Origin: Candidatus Omnitrophota bacterium
GTDB taxonomy: Bacteria; Omnitrophota; Gorgyraeia; Gygaellales; Profunditerraquicolaceae
DNA: 64,000 nt
Reading direction: 5' to 3'
NCBI GenBank assembly: GCA_041651035.1
Contig: JBAZKC010000003.1
Coordinates: 5,153 to 69,152 of the forward strand
The notes under the pieces were generated by a model, which worked only from the letters and a program-made list of their open reading frames with translations, made no database searches and was not told where the DNA came from. Positions 9,040-17,766 of the stretch are shown here, piece by piece. Numbering within the stretch: position 1 is the first letter of the stretch; each line of letters starts with the position of its first letter. Both the position numbers and the translations under genes were made by a program.

Positions 9040-9880
9040 TGAATATTCCTGGCTAAAAGGCACGTTAAAATATAAGCTTATCGGCGCGCCTGGAAGAAAC
9101 AGATCAGAAGCAATCGGGTATCACCCAAACGGCAACCCGAAATTCAGGTATTTCTTGGTGAATAGCGAACTAAATGGAGTCGGCAGGTTTTGGGATGAAG
9201 GAGGGCGTTTGTGTCTTGAGGAGAATTTTGTAAATGGCCAGGTGAATGGTATAAGAAGAGAATGGTATTCAAATGGCAATCTTGAATCAGAAGAATTTTA
9301 CAAGAGCGGATCAAGAAACGGAATTTCTAAATCATGGTATTTGGATGGGAGATTAAAAAGCCAATGCACATATTTAAATGACAGGCGTCACGGTTTAGCT
9401 TTGGAGTGGCATACAAACGGGCAATTAATTGAAAGAAAAAGCTATGAAAGCGGTTTAATGAACGGCGTTTGCATGAAATGGGATGAAAAAGGAGAATTGA
9501 AGGAAAAGAAGATTTATGTGCGAGGCGTAATTATCCCTCCTAAGATTCAAAAAATCATTGATTCAGGAAAACTGTCAGCACAGTATATTATCGCAATGCG
9601 CAATACCGCGTTAAGAAGAATTTGCCTTGAAGAGTTTGGTTATGAGAGATTTCTGCTTCAGGTTAACCACGAGGTTATTTCTAAAGATGATGATTGTGAA
9701 CTTGTAAGAATCGATTGGCATAAGCGCGAAGAATCAATTTTCTTGGTTAAAGTCAGGTGCCCTTCTACGGGTGTATTTTACACATTACGGGTACCACCAA
9801 GAATGAAGACAGTAAAACAGGCGATTGCTTGGACTTTTAATATGAAAGATTCAGAATACACCCCCCTGTCAGAAACTTAA
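9005..9880 (+). CDS. MORN-variant repeat protein (YwqK-antitoxin-like repeats) with an unknown C-terminal domain
   Basis: Repeated G-x-W/Y…NG…G motifs (EWYSNGNLESEEFYKSG, EWHTNGQLIERKSYESG, KWDEKGELKEKKIY). Confidence 0.55.
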   Translation: MNQEAGDMLEIDEYSWLKGTLKYKLIGAPGRNRSEAIGYHPNGNPKFRYFLVNSELNGVGRFWDEGGRLCLEENFVNGQVNGIRREWYSNGNLESEEFYKSGSRNGISKSWYLDGRLKSQCTYLNDRRHGLALEWHTNGQLIERKSYESGLMNGVCMKWDEKGELKEKKIYVRGVIIPPKIQKIIDSGKLSAQYIIAMRNTALRRICLEEFGYERFLLQVNHEVISKDDDCELVRIDWHKREESIFLVKVRCPSTGVFYTLRVPPRMKTVKQAIAWTFNMKDSEYTPLSET

Positions 9881-9937
9881 TAATTTTAGTTAGATTTTGC
9901 CACTTCCTACGTCTATTATAATAGGAGATGGAGAGAT

Positions 9938-10237
9938 ATGGTTCATTGTCCAGATGAGAACGATATGGCCTGTTACTTTGACGGATTGCTGTCCGAGGAT
10001 AAGGTAGGGCAGCTAGAAGAGCATTTTGTAGGATGTAAGAGATGTAGGGAGATCGTGGCTATTACAAGGCAAATTATGAGTCAAAAACCGAATTTCCTTG
10101 ACAATAGTCAGAGAAGCGGTAATATAAAGTCAACAATCAGGTGTGTCCCGTGTTTGAAGGGGGAAGTCCCGGACGTTAAAAAAGTAAAACCTTCGCTACA
10201 GGCGAGTTTGCCAAGCGAGGGTTTTTTGTTTTATTAA
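9938..10237 (+). CDS. Putative zinc-finger (zf-HC2) anti-sigma-factor N-terminal domain protein
   Basis: MACYFDGLLSEDKVGQLEEHFVGCKRCRE matches the HxxxCxxC anti-sigma zf-HC2 motif. Confidence 0.5.
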   Translation: MVHCPDENDMACYFDGLLSEDKVGQLEEHFVGCKRCREIVAITRQIMSQKPNFLDNSQRSGNIKSTIRCVPCLKGEVPDVKKVKPSLQASLPSEGFLFY

Positions 10238-10263
10238 CCATTTTTGCTAAGGGGAGGTAAGAA

Positions 10264-11016
10264 ATGGACGGGGTAAAGGTTTTACGCAGCACCCAGATAA
10301 TCATTCTGGGAATATGTTTTGTGGTGGCAACAATTACTTCAACGGTTATTCTTTCTAAGGGGCTTTTGCAGATGAAGAAGTATTCAGAGCAGGTAGTTAA
10401 GGTTACTGGTTCAGCCGAGAAGAACATCACTTCTGACGCCATGGTTTGGAAGCTGAGTTTCTCGCGTCGGGACGTTAAGATGGTGGGTGCTTTTGATCTG
10501 CTTAAGGAAGACCTTAAGATGGTAAAAGGATATTTACTTAGCAAGAGTGTTAAGGAGAGCGAAATTATCATTGCCCCGGTTACAACTACTGTCTTGTATA
10601 AGAAGAATGAGAAAGGAAATAATACTAACGAAATAGAGGGTTATATCTTGGATCAAGAGATTGAAGTTCGCTCAAACGATGTCATTAAGGTCACCGAAGT
10701 TTCCCGGCAAGCTACTGAGCTTATCGAAAAAGGTCTTGAGGTTATTTCTCAGGCTCCCGAATACTTTTATACCAAGCTTCCTGAGCTTAAGTTGTCCATG
10801 TTATCTGAGGCAACTGAGAATGCCAAAAAGCGCGCAGAATCAATGGCTAAGGCTTCAGGAAACAAAATTGGCAGCATCCGCTCTGCACGTATGGGGGTGT
10901 TTCAGATCACGCCGGTTAATTCTTATGATGTTTCTGACTGGGGTATGAATGATACTAGCTCCTTAGAAAAGAAGGTTAATGCCGTGGTCAATGTGGAGTT
11001 TGCTATTTCAGAATAG
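10264..11016 (+). CDS. TM-anchored SIMPL/DUF541-like domain protein
   Basis: N-terminal TM (IIILGICFVVATITSTVIL), VKVTGSAEK… start and …VNVEFAISE end typical of SIMPL domains; different frame from the preceding zf-HC2 ORF. Confidence 0.45.
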   Translation: MDGVKVLRSTQIIILGICFVVATITSTVILSKGLLQMKKYSEQVVKVTGSAEKNITSDAMVWKLSFSRRDVKMVGAFDLLKEDLKMVKGYLLSKSVKESEIIIAPVTTTVLYKKNEKGNNTNEIEGYILDQEIEVRSNDVIKVTEVSRQATELIEKGLEVISQAPEYFYTKLPELKLSMLSEATENAKKRAESMAKASGNKIGSIRSARMGVFQITPVNSYDVSDWGMNDTSSLEKKVNAVVNVEFAISE

Positions 11017-11027
11017 TTGCATAATTT

Positions 11028-12722
11028 TTGCACTCTCCGTGGTTTTACGGTAGAATGGTATCAATCATTAGAAGTATAAATTGTATGAATATCAATTGGT
11101 TAAAATATCGCAAGAACCTTCGCGGCCGAGACCCATTAGGTGTCCAGGCTATTAACATTCATTTATATAGTCTTCTTGTCCCTGGAATAACCAACGTTAC
11201 CGATCGCCTGCGCTACTATTCTTTTTTCCCATGGGTTCTCAAACTCTATAAAGACGAGAATATTAAATTAGATTTTGTACCATTTTTGAGACGCGCTGAA
11301 TTTTTATTTAGCGTTATCACAACTTATCACCATATTAATGAACCATCATGGTCTGGTCATATGGTTGGAACAATGGTAATGGGGCAGGCGACTAGTGAGC
11401 TAACCGTCAATAAAAAGATCGTTCTTTCGAAATATACAAGCCTAGAGGAAAGCAATCAGAGATATTTCAAAAATAGACTAGGTGGATTTGGGCAGTATTA
11501 TTTGGGTGTTTTAATTGCTAATGGGATACTAGATAGAAAAGGAAATCTTGAATTTGCGCTTTATCCTAGAGGCCTTGAGCTGGCAAATGCATTTGTTTCA
11601 GGAAATTCTAAAGATACTTTCATTACATGTGTTTTAAATGATAAAGTTACAGCGAAAGAGTTAGATATTATGAAAGACGATCTTTGCGCCTGCAATCTAA
11701 AGCGAAATAGTTCTGAGTATAAACTTTTATCAGAATTCCTCAAAGGACAAGATGACCCCTATGTACGTGAATCGACATATAAAAGACGCGATTCGCTTGC
11801 TCTCATGTTTTTACTTCTGGAGCAAACAGAAAAGACAACCGATTATTGGGAATTATTAAACGCTTTATACTATGGAGTAAGCGATAATAATAAGAAGATT
11901 AAAATCCCAGCCGGTCTAACCGAAACAGCCACTCTTTGGAAATACTACGTACAGCATGAATTTTTCTCTATGGCACTCTTATCATTATTTGTAAGCGCGC
12001 AACATCTTCTTGATGATAATGGCCTAGTAAATTCTGAAATTGGAGCAAGGTTATGGGAACGCTATTTATTAAACTGTAACCCGGATGAATTACAGGCAAG
12101 CCTTAAGCCATGTCTAATAAAACTAAAAAAGAATCCTACTTTATCAGAATTCATAGGATATTTAGATTCAGTATATGCCATTGATAAGGCCTGGGATAAG
12201 GATGCGCTTTCAGAAATTAGTATTAGTAAATTCTTGGATAACAAACAGTTTCCCCCAGATTCACTTTTAGTTGGAGGGCTGGTGTTATTATCTTTAGTAA
12301 TTCGTGCTATTAAGGATGAGCAAGGTGAACCTCAGGGTATAAATTTTAAAGGAATTTTTAGCCAATACCCTATAAATCTTAGTAAATTAAGAAAAGACTA
12401 TAATGATCGATGGCACAAAATGAAAATTTTCGAAGTAGTTCATGAATTAGTCATGGAGTATATATTAAATAGACATATAGAGGTAGCTGTTCGAAAGCTC
12501 TATACAGAGGGACTTGCGACCTTCCGCTTCTTAAGAGAAGACAATATATATAGACATAGTGAGATTGAATATGATTATGTTGGGAATACCAGCCCGCGTT
12601 TAAGGGAAAGCCTTCAGATGATGGCAGACCTTAAAATTGTGAATGAAGCAAAAGAGGGGTTTTCTATTATTGATAAAGATATTGGTACAAAGTATTTTCA
12701 CGAGGTAATTAGTGGAGCTTGA
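11028..12722 (+). CDS. Hypothetical protein (564 aa), first gene of the candidate defence cluster
   Basis: Long ORF with no recognisable motif; alternative start at 11085 downstream of a TTGCAC-17-TAGAAT promoter-like element (11038-11066); 3' end overlaps the next gene by 11 bp. Confidence 0.5.
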   Translation: MHSPWFYGRMVSIIRSINCMNINWLKYRKNLRGRDPLGVQAINIHLYSLLVPGITNVTDRLRYYSFFPWVLKLYKDENIKLDFVPFLRRAEFLFSVITTYHHINEPSWSGHMVGTMVMGQATSELTVNKKIVLSKYTSLEESNQRYFKNRLGGFGQYYLGVLIANGILDRKGNLEFALYPRGLELANAFVSGNSKDTFITCVLNDKVTAKELDIMKDDLCACNLKRNSSEYKLLSEFLKGQDDPYVRESTYKRRDSLALMFLLLEQTEKTTDYWELLNALYYGVSDNNKKIKIPAGLTETATLWKYYVQHEFFSMALLSLFVSAQHLLDDNGLVNSEIGARLWERYLLNCNPDELQASLKPCLIKLKKNPTLSEFIGYLDSVYAIDKAWDKDALSEISISKFLDNKQFPPDSLLVGGLVLLSLVIRAIKDEQGEPQGINFKGIFSQYPINLSKLRKDYNDRWHKMKIFEVVHELVMEYILNRHIEVAVRKLYTEGLATFRFLREDNIYRHSEIEYDYVGNTSPRLRESLQMMADLKIVNEAKEGFSIIDKDIGTKYFHEVISGA

Positions 12723-15156
12723 TCTAATACAGCGAATTAAGGACTTTAAACCAACAGAAGCATATGTTTTAACCTTCTCTATTGACCTTCATTATTATGA
12801 AGGATTTTTTCTACCTCTGATTCAACAGCTTGGATGTACAAAGAATATAGTTATTGCAGATAGTAACAAAATCAGCGAAAATTTAGAAACCAATTCCTCA
12901 TACATTAACAAACTTGGCAGAGAGTATCTATTAATACCAATTCATTCCGACTTTGCTTTCCATCCCAAAATCTATTTGTTTAAAAAAGTGCTTAAGGATA
13001 CTACTTCTTTGCTATGTTTTGTAGGAAGTGGCAATCTCACGTATCCTGGCTTAAATACCAATCAAGAAATATTCGTTGAAGAGATATGGGAAAAGACTGG
13101 GCGTCCACCTCAGTTTTGGAACGAAGTATCAGAATATTTCAATGTAATTCTAGGATCATGCCGCGGAGAAGCGGCAAAACTGGTAAAGAAATGGTTATCG
13201 TACAGTTATCCTCAGCAATTTGAGAAAGAAAATGAGAATCTATCGATTCTTATAAGATATCCTGCTGAAACTAATATCTTTGAGCAGTTTAAGGCAAGAC
13301 TTAAGGGAAAACCTGTAAAAAATATATTTTTAACTGCTCCATTTTATGATGAAGATTTAAGCGCAATAAAAAAAGTTGTTTCGGAATGTAAGCCCAAGAA
13401 GATAGAGCTTCTTATTCAGCCTGGTAAGACAAGCGTAACTACTAAGAAATTCATCTCATTTGTTAAGGCAAATCCAAACATTACTTTAAAAGCATTTGAG
13501 CCAAAGAATTATCTAGGAAGATACTTACACGCAAAAATGATTGTAGCCACTACCGGTGCAGAAGAGCATGTTTTATCCGGAAGCGCGAACTTGTCTGATG
13601 TGGCGCTTCTTGGAAGGCCAAAAGCGTTTAATTATGAAGCTTGTGTATATACGCGTGTAGATTTGAAAAACAGTGTACTTGAACGACTTGGTATAGAAAA
13701 AATGTCAAAGCCCATATCTTTAGATAAGATGCCTGAAACGGTTGTCGAAATAGCATTTAAAGAATCGGAAGGCCCTAAATTTAAGTTAATTTCTTCCGAG
13801 TGCTATGGCGGCAAATGCTATTTCACGGTTATTGGTGCCGAGAAACATTCAACGTTGGATGCAGAACTGCGCTATAGCGATAACAAAAGAGGAACGATCG
13901 TATTAACACAGAAAAAAGATTCAAAAGATACTTTTATTTGTGAAGGAAGAGCGCTGTTCTCTGCTATCGCAGCCAGAATATTGGCAGAGAAAGATCTGTA
14001 TACCAAATGGACGCCAATATTATTTGTAGCCGAAATTGAGAGGAGATCAAGAAGGTACTTTGAAAAAGCTGAAAAACTAAAGGATAGTTTCCTGCGTGCT
14101 GCAAATGAGTTAAACAGGGATAATTATCTTGATCTAATCTTTGATAGCTTAATAGAAGATTCTTTAAAAGCGCTTGAAGCAAAGGTTAGTTCTTCCAGGG
14201 TATCACTTAAGGAAGATGATGCAATGAAGGGCGTAGCAACGATAAATATTGAAACTGAAACGCCAATCATAGAGAAGACTGGTGAGTCAACCGCTGGGCT
14301 GGGGTTTAATGAAGGCTTAGACTATGTAATTTCAGTATTGCGTGAAAGACGGCAAGCCGGCTCTATGGAAGAAGACGTAACTAATACCGAACAGGACAAG
14401 GAGTTTGAAGAATACGATCAAAAGCTTCAAGAGTCAACAGAGGCTCAATTGCAGGAAGTAGATATTCTTTATGCAATATCGAGGCGTTTGAAATCAAGGA
14501 GAAGGGTTTTTATCAAGAATGAATCAATTAAAGATCCTGTCGTAAGAAGCTCTTATTTTTCACTGATAGCATTGCCGCACATGCCAAAGTTACACCGGTA
14601 TTATATTGGGGATGACAAGGAAAGGCATTCTTGCGTTAGCGATGATGATTGGAATGAATTTGTTATTGAATCATGCAATTCATTGGGTTTGCTTACGTTT
14701 AAAACACCTTCTAAAGATATTTGGCCTGATTTAGGAGTAGATATATTAAAAAAAGATATTTTTGAAGTTTGCATTGTTTCAATTTTGTATTCTTTTGTTA
14801 CAGTTTATCCAATATTAAAATACAGAAGCAATGCGTTAGGAGATGAAGGGTTTAATAGTTGTTTGCAGCTCAACCGCTTTACCAATCTTTTGGCAGCAAT
14901 GCTACAAAATTATCTTAAAATTGAAGGATCAAGCCCAGATATTCTTAAAGACAAGTTGAATGAAATTCGCGAACATTTCCCATGCGGTTGGTTATTTGTG
15001 GAAAAAAGCCTAGTAGAAGTTTTTGATAATGTATTAGATGTTATTAATCATAATTTTAAGAACCCAAAAGTATGGGAATTCGGAGACCTAAGTTATATTG
15101 CTGGTAAAGGGTTTCTATTACGGGCTAAAGGAAAAAGCATCTTACTCTGGGAATAA
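12712..15156 (+). CDS. PLD-family (HKD-like) nuclease-domain protein with a large unknown C-terminal region (814 aa)
   Basis: Two HxK…GSxN motifs: FHPKIYLFKK…VGSGNLT (aa 84-108) and LHAKMIVAT…SGSANLS (aa 273-293); the Asp of the canonical HxKx4D is replaced. Confidence 0.6.
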   Translation: MELDLIQRIKDFKPTEAYVLTFSIDLHYYEGFFLPLIQQLGCTKNIVIADSNKISENLETNSSYINKLGREYLLIPIHSDFAFHPKIYLFKKVLKDTTSLLCFVGSGNLTYPGLNTNQEIFVEEIWEKTGRPPQFWNEVSEYFNVILGSCRGEAAKLVKKWLSYSYPQQFEKENENLSILIRYPAETNIFEQFKARLKGKPVKNIFLTAPFYDEDLSAIKKVVSECKPKKIELLIQPGKTSVTTKKFISFVKANPNITLKAFEPKNYLGRYLHAKMIVATTGAEEHVLSGSANLSDVALLGRPKAFNYEACVYTRVDLKNSVLERLGIEKMSKPISLDKMPETVVEIAFKESEGPKFKLISSECYGGKCYFTVIGAEKHSTLDAELRYSDNKRGTIVLTQKKDSKDTFICEGRALFSAIAARILAEKDLYTKWTPILFVAEIERRSRRYFEKAEKLKDSFLRAANELNRDNYLDLIFDSLIEDSLKALEAKVSSSRVSLKEDDAMKGVATINIETETPIIEKTGESTAGLGFNEGLDYVISVLRERRQAGSMEEDVTNTEQDKEFEEYDQKLQESTEAQLQEVDILYAISRRLKSRRRVFIKNESIKDPVVRSSYFSLIALPHMPKLHRYYIGDDKERHSCVSDDDWNEFVIESCNSLGLLTFKTPSKDIWPDLGVDILKKDIFEVCIVSILYSFVTVYPILKYRSNALGDEGFNSCLQLNRFTNLLAAMLQNYLKIEGSSPDILKDKLNEIREHFPCGWLFVEKSLVEVFDNVLDVINHNFKNPKVWEFGDLSYIAGKGFLLRAKGKSILLWE

Positions 15157-15273
15157 GAGAAACGTTTTACGGTTTAGCATATACTTTGATAAAAAGAAGA
15201 AGACCGTTAAGTGTCCAAAGCGTGGTGAAGAGGTAAAGATTAGTTGGTATACAAAGATAGGAGGGGTCTTGTT

Positions 15274-16497
15274 ATGGAGTTTAATTGTCCTTTATGCAAA
15301 CAGCCAGTTACTGAAGAGCTATATGGTAAGATCACAGGTATTTGGAAAGAACAAAAAGTAGCCGAAAAGAAATTTAAGCAAAAAGAAAAAGAGCTTATTA
15401 AGCAACAAAAAGCGGATAAAAAACAATTATTAGATGAACGCAGAAAATTAAAAGCTGAGCAAAAAGTAGTAATTGAACAGAAGATCGCTGAAAAAACAAA
15501 GAAACATTCTTTAGAATTAGAGAAGATTCGGTCAGAAAAAGATAAAATTAAAGAGCAGGCAGATAAAAAGATATTGGCTGCTGTCAGGGCTGCCGAAATG
15601 AAAACTAGGAAAGAAATCAATAAGGATCTTAAGAGCAAAATAGATGAATCGGTTACGAAGCAAGTTGCAAAATCAACAGCCAAGGTTCAAAAAGATTTGC
15701 TACGGAAAGATCGAACAATTGATGCAACAAGAAAACAAATGTCGACCCTGCAAGAACAAAATTCAAAACAGCAGCAGCGCATAACTAATTTGGAAACCCA
15801 GCTTAAGAAAGAGACGACTCCGCAAATAGAGGGGTTGCTGTATGAGGATAATTTACTTGAAGCCTTGAAAAAAGAATTCCCGGAAGATAAATTTGAACAT
15901 CCCGGTAAGGGTGGCGATATTATTCAATTTACAATCCATAATCAAAAACAATGCGGAATAATTGTTTATGAGTGCAAAAAAGTTGGCCAATGGCAAATAG
16001 CTCACGCTGAACAGGCAGCTCAAGCTAAATTACAAAGAAAAGCCGATTTTGCTATTTTAGTTACAAATGCGTCAAAGAAAGGCGGAGGAGGATTCTTTTT
16101 AGAAAAAGGAGTTGTTGTGGTTCATCCTGGAGGAGCTTTAGCAATCGCAAGTATCCTTAGAGAGCAAATCGTAAAGATTGCCCAGATGAAGTTAACTCAG
16201 GCTCAGAGAGAAGAAGCTATTGAAAAAACTTTTGAATATTTGCGCGGCCCTGAATTCAAAAACTCATTAGATATTGTTATAAGAAAAACAATAGAAATGT
16301 ACGAGGAGTTAAAAAAGGAATGCCAGGATCATGTTAAGCTATGGAAGAAAAGGTACGATACATTAAAGATTGTCCATTCTAATTCGGTTCAGGTACAGAC
16401 AAAAACGGTAGCTTTAATTTCTGGTAAATCTGAGACAATCCAGCAGGAAGTAGAATCGCATCAATTTCCTGCTTTGCCCGATTTGACTACTCTTTAA
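15274..16497 (+). CDS. Zn-ribbon plus long coiled-coil protein with a C-terminal PD-(D/E)xK-like segment (DUF2130-like)
   Basis: CPLCKQPV at the N-terminus, ~180 aa K/E/Q-rich heptad region, C-terminal GDIIQF…IVYECKKV (D…ExK); RBS AGGAGGGG 7 nt before the ATG at 15274 (the ORF track begins at 15244). Confidence 0.5.
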   Translation: MEFNCPLCKQPVTEELYGKITGIWKEQKVAEKKFKQKEKELIKQQKADKKQLLDERRKLKAEQKVVIEQKIAEKTKKHSLELEKIRSEKDKIKEQADKKILAAVRAAEMKTRKEINKDLKSKIDESVTKQVAKSTAKVQKDLLRKDRTIDATRKQMSTLQEQNSKQQQRITNLETQLKKETTPQIEGLLYEDNLLEALKKEFPEDKFEHPGKGGDIIQFTIHNQKQCGIIVYECKKVGQWQIAHAEQAAQAKLQRKADFAILVTNASKKGGGGFFLEKGVVVVHPGGALAIASILREQIVKIAQMKLTQAQREEAIEKTFEYLRGPEFKNSLDIVIRKTIEMYEELKKECQDHVKLWKKRYDTLKIVHSNSVQVQTKTVALISGKSETIQQEVESHQFPALPDLTTL

Positions 16498-16504
16498 GGA
16501 TTAA

Positions 16505-17428
16505 ATGAAAGCAAACATAACAAACCAAACTCACGACAGACCTTCATTTTACAAGTACGTCTCAAGTGAAGTAGCAAAGAGTGTTCTTACAAATAAAACT
16601 TTGAAATGGAGTTCCCCTTTGCTGTTTGATGATCCATTTGACGTGACTCGCGTATTAGCCGCGGATATTAAAGCTTCTGAAATACAAGAATGTCTCATTG
16701 ATAGTATAATAGACTTAATTAAGAATAATACAGAGGTGCGCTCGGAGTTTAATCCTAAAGTATGTCTTATGATAGAGACCTTAAGGAAATCCGGAAGAAA
16801 TGATGTAAAAGAAGAAATTATTCGTTCGCTTTATGATTTGAAGAATGAGCCAATTATGGAGTCTTCTGCCTTAGGCGAATTAAGAAAAATGTGGGAAGAT
16901 ATGGTTTTAATTTCTCGTATTCTATGTCTCAGCGCTAGAAATAACATTGAACTGATGTGGGATCGTTATGCGGATAAATATAGGGGTGTTGTTCTTGAGT
17001 TTTCTTGTTTGAAGGAGCTTGATAGCCCGTGGCTTATATTTGAACCAGTTCAGTACAGGCCTTCTTTTTTGGATAAGGTTGGTTGGGGAAGAGTGCTAAC
17101 TTTGAATCAAGATGCGGCTACAAAATACATTTTTCATGAAAGCTGTTATACTAAAACATCGGATTGGTCATATCAGGAGGAATGGAGGATAGTAAGTTTC
17201 AAGAGAACAGGAGAAAATGGAGAATATTCGTACTATAAGTTTAATCCAAAAGAATTATCCGCCATTTATCTCGGCCCAGAGATTGTTGCAGAAGACAGGG
17301 AATGTATACTGTCATTACTAAATAATGAGCTATCGCATGTGAAGGTGTACTCCGGGAGTATAACGGTCGGATGCCGTATTGAATTTAGAGAATTACCAAG
17401 TGTTCGCGTAGAGAGATCAGTTGGTTAA
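16505..17428 (+). CDS. DUF2971-like protein
   Basis: N-terminal FYKY…LKWSSPLLFDDPFDV pattern characteristic of DUF2971; starts 8 bp after the preceding gene. Confidence 0.45.
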   Translation: MKANITNQTHDRPSFYKYVSSEVAKSVLTNKTLKWSSPLLFDDPFDVTRVLAADIKASEIQECLIDSIIDLIKNNTEVRSEFNPKVCLMIETLRKSGRNDVKEEIIRSLYDLKNEPIMESSALGELRKMWEDMVLISRILCLSARNNIELMWDRYADKYRGVVLEFSCLKELDSPWLIFEPVQYRPSFLDKVGWGRVLTLNQDAATKYIFHESCYTKTSDWSYQEEWRIVSFKRTGENGEYSYYKFNPKELSAIYLGPEIVAEDRECILSLLNNELSHVKVYSGSITVGCRIEFRELPSVRVERSVG

Positions 17429-17453
17429 TCTTACCCCTTAAAACTGTGCCACT

Positions 17454-17537
17454 TCCAATTGCGTGTACAGAGAGTTTTTCTGACATACCATATTTCTACG
17501 CCGCCTCTTAGGGATTACCTCTTATGATATACGATAA
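17454..17537 (+). repeat. R1 repeat copy 1 (TTCCAA…TACAGAGAGTnTTTCTG…TATTTCT…TAGGG.TACCTC…GATAA)
   Basis: ~80% identical to 21017-21110; located after the DUF2971 gene. Confidence 0.6.
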
Positions 17538-17766
17538 GAAAATTTAAAAAAGGATTTACAATGGGGAAGATGAGGTATAGAATAAATCCATCATTAAGAG
17601 GTGGTAAATGAGGTTTGAATAGCAAAATTTGAAGGCAATTCCTAAAAATAGGGGGGTTGTCTTTTTTAATTGACAGTTCTAATTTTTGAAATATAGAAAC
17701 ATTGCTAATTTATAATCATTTGATTTTTTTAAATCACCCTGAATTTAACGTGGGAGAGGCAATAAT

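Noticed and set aside
10661-10948. 95-aa ORF in an alternative frame within the SIMPL gene
   Set aside because: It is embedded in the longer domain-supported ORF.
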